DNA of 64,000 bases from the NCBI RefSeq assembly GCF_963921235.1, contig NC_086109.1, forward strand, positions 3,288,001-3,352,000, in the 5' to 3' direction. Of the stretch, positions 62,152 through 64,000 are shown one piece after another (the first letter of the stretch is position 1; every line of letters starts with the position of its first letter). This stretch comes from Mobula hypostoma. Taxonomy: Eukaryota. The position numbers and the translations under genes are program-made. The notes below the pieces were generated by a model that worked only from the letters and a program-made list of their open reading frames with translations, did no database searches and had not been told where the DNA came from.

Positions 62152-62970
62152 AAGGCTGAAAGGTACATTTAATGTCAGGGAAGTGTATACAATATACATC
62201 CTGAAATGCTTTTTCTTCAAAACCATCCACGAAAACAGAGGAGTACTCCAAAGAATGAGCAACAGTTAAATGTTAGAACCTCAAAGTACCCCCCAGCTCC
62301 CCCTCTCCCACACATAAGCAGCAGCAAGCAGCAATCCCCCCCTGCCCCCACCGGCAGAAAGAAGCATTGGCACCAGCACCGAGCTCTCAAGCACGAGCAA
62401 AGCAACAACAAAGACACAGACTCGCAGTTACCCCAAAGACTTTGTGTTTCACCCGGTATTCGACATACCACAGGCTCTCTCTCCCTAATAAGGGAGAAAG
62501 AGGTGTCTCTATTTTCCCAGCGAGCAGGGAGACATAACAAACAACTCATTGGTTTACGATGTTAAAAGTCCGTTACATCACTTTTTTCGAGCTCTGTGCC
62601 TGAAGATCGCAAAGATCCCGGGCCTCCAGGCACACAGCCGTAGATATTTAGACTCCCCTGATGACACACAGGCCTCCTATCGTGACACTGACCCTCGATC
62701 TGCCCATCTCCAGAGCCTGGAGATCCTAGGCTTCTGAATCTCAGCCGGAATCTTAGGCCGAGCCTTTGGCGTGCTGAACAACAGCCAGTTATGGAACCCC
62801 CAGAGCGGGTCCCATTCCCGCAAAGAACTGTAGCCAGCGTGTAACTCCAGGTCAGGGTCTTCAAAAGAGTCCTGCAAGGGAAAAATAAAGACATTAAAGA
62901 TGGAAATAGAGCTGTTTCCAAAGATGCAAACAAAGGAGTCGCCGTTAGGCGCCATTGACTCTCCTAAGCT
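62152..62970 (-). mobile_element. Non-coding non-autonomous retroposon with a LINE-type 3' tail
   Basis: Minus strand begins near CAATGGCGCC and ends in TTCAGGATGTATATTGTATACACTTCCCTGACATTAAATGTACC, similar to tails at 39205, 51535 and 59210. Confidence 0.5.
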
Positions 62971-63139
62971 CCGCCTCCTTGTGAACGTACCAAAGCAACA
63001 GTTAATATTTTTAAAAATCATCTACAATTTACAAGAAGCAAATGTCACTTGAAGACACAAAGCACAAGAAGTGGTTCAGCTGTGGCCAGTTAAAGCTTGC
63101 TTTAGATTGAACAAAAAGATTCAGAATGTTGGCAGATAA

Positions 63140-63585
63140 ACTGAATTGAATTGACTTCAATTTCTTACATCCTTCACATACGAGGAGTAAAAATCTTTAC
63201 ATTATGTCTCCTTCTAAATGTGCAATGTGCAATCATAGTAATTTATAATAATTTATAATAAATAGAACAGTCAATGTAATATAGAGTGCACTCAAATCAG
63301 CAAGAGTTCATCAGTCTGATGGCCTGGTGGAAGAAGCTGTCCCGGAGCCTGTTGGTCCTGGCTTTTATGCTGCAGTACCGTTTCCCGGATTGTAGCAGCT
63401 GGCATAGATTGTGGCTGGGATGGCTTGCATCCCCAATGATCCTACGGACCCTTTTTACACACCTGTCCTTGTAAGTGTCCTGAATCATGGGAAGTTCGCA
63501 ACTACAGATGTGCTGGGCTGTCCGCACCACTCTCTGCAGAGTCCTGCGATTAAGGGAGGTACAGTTCCCATACCAGGCAGTGTAC
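63140..63585 (-). mobile_element. Rex1/Babar-type LINE 3' end
   Basis: TAWYGNCTSLNRRTLQRVVRTAQHI...SHPSHNLCQLLQSGKRYCSIKARTNRLRDSFFHQAIRLMNS; (TTCAA)n tail. Confidence 0.88.
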
Positions 63586-64000
63586 CTGAGTATTGTGACA
63601 ATTTCAGAATTCAGCACAGGACTGTTGATAAGGAAAGTGAAAGAAGAGTGTGAGAGGAATCCGCTGAGAATCATAAAAAGTGCAAACTACGTAAAATGGA
63701 AAAGATTATCCCAAGGTAATATAAATCCTTTACAGATTGAGAATGGAGAAATTATACTGGGGGTTAAGTACTTCTACCATCGCAGTAGAAGATACAGAAG
63801 ACCTCCTCGCAGTAGTAGAGAACCACAGTTCAGGTGAAAAAGGACGACAGAGAAATTAGTGTTTTTAAATAAAAACAAATTGGAAAAAATAATGGGTCTA
63901 AAAGTCAATAAATCTTCAGTCCTAGTGAGCTGCACAAGATGGAGATGGGGGGATATGGACATGGTGTAGGTAAGAAGGATATATGTTTGGGTGTTTTTGA

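Overview
Eukaryotic, repeat-dominated non-coding DNA. The repeat families (CR1, Rex1/Babar-type, RTE/RTEX, Penelope-like, HE1-type V-SINE, Deu-SINE) suggest a cartilaginous fish such as a ray or shark, which is an inference. I recognise no intact host protein-coding gene, rRNA, tRNA gene or CRISPR array. The long ORFs are either decayed retrotransposon ORFs or translations of micro/minisatellites. The most notable element is a HERO-clade RLE-type non-LTR retrotransposon (3512-6419) that has lost most of its RT domain. Its 3' UTR contains every hammerhead-ribozyme core element (GUA triplet, CUGAAGA, GAAA, fully paired stems I/II/III), but in a permuted, doubly pseudoknotted order that fits none of hammerhead types I/II/III. 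Several minimal hammerhead motifs also occur in Penelope-derived repeats. The window further holds modular RTE-tailed SINEs, a solo LTR, Tc1/hAT relics, two minisatellites and several repeat-free islands that may be conserved non-coding elements. Repeat boundaries are approximate unless a TSD is quoted, and family assignments rest on remembered motifs, not database searches.
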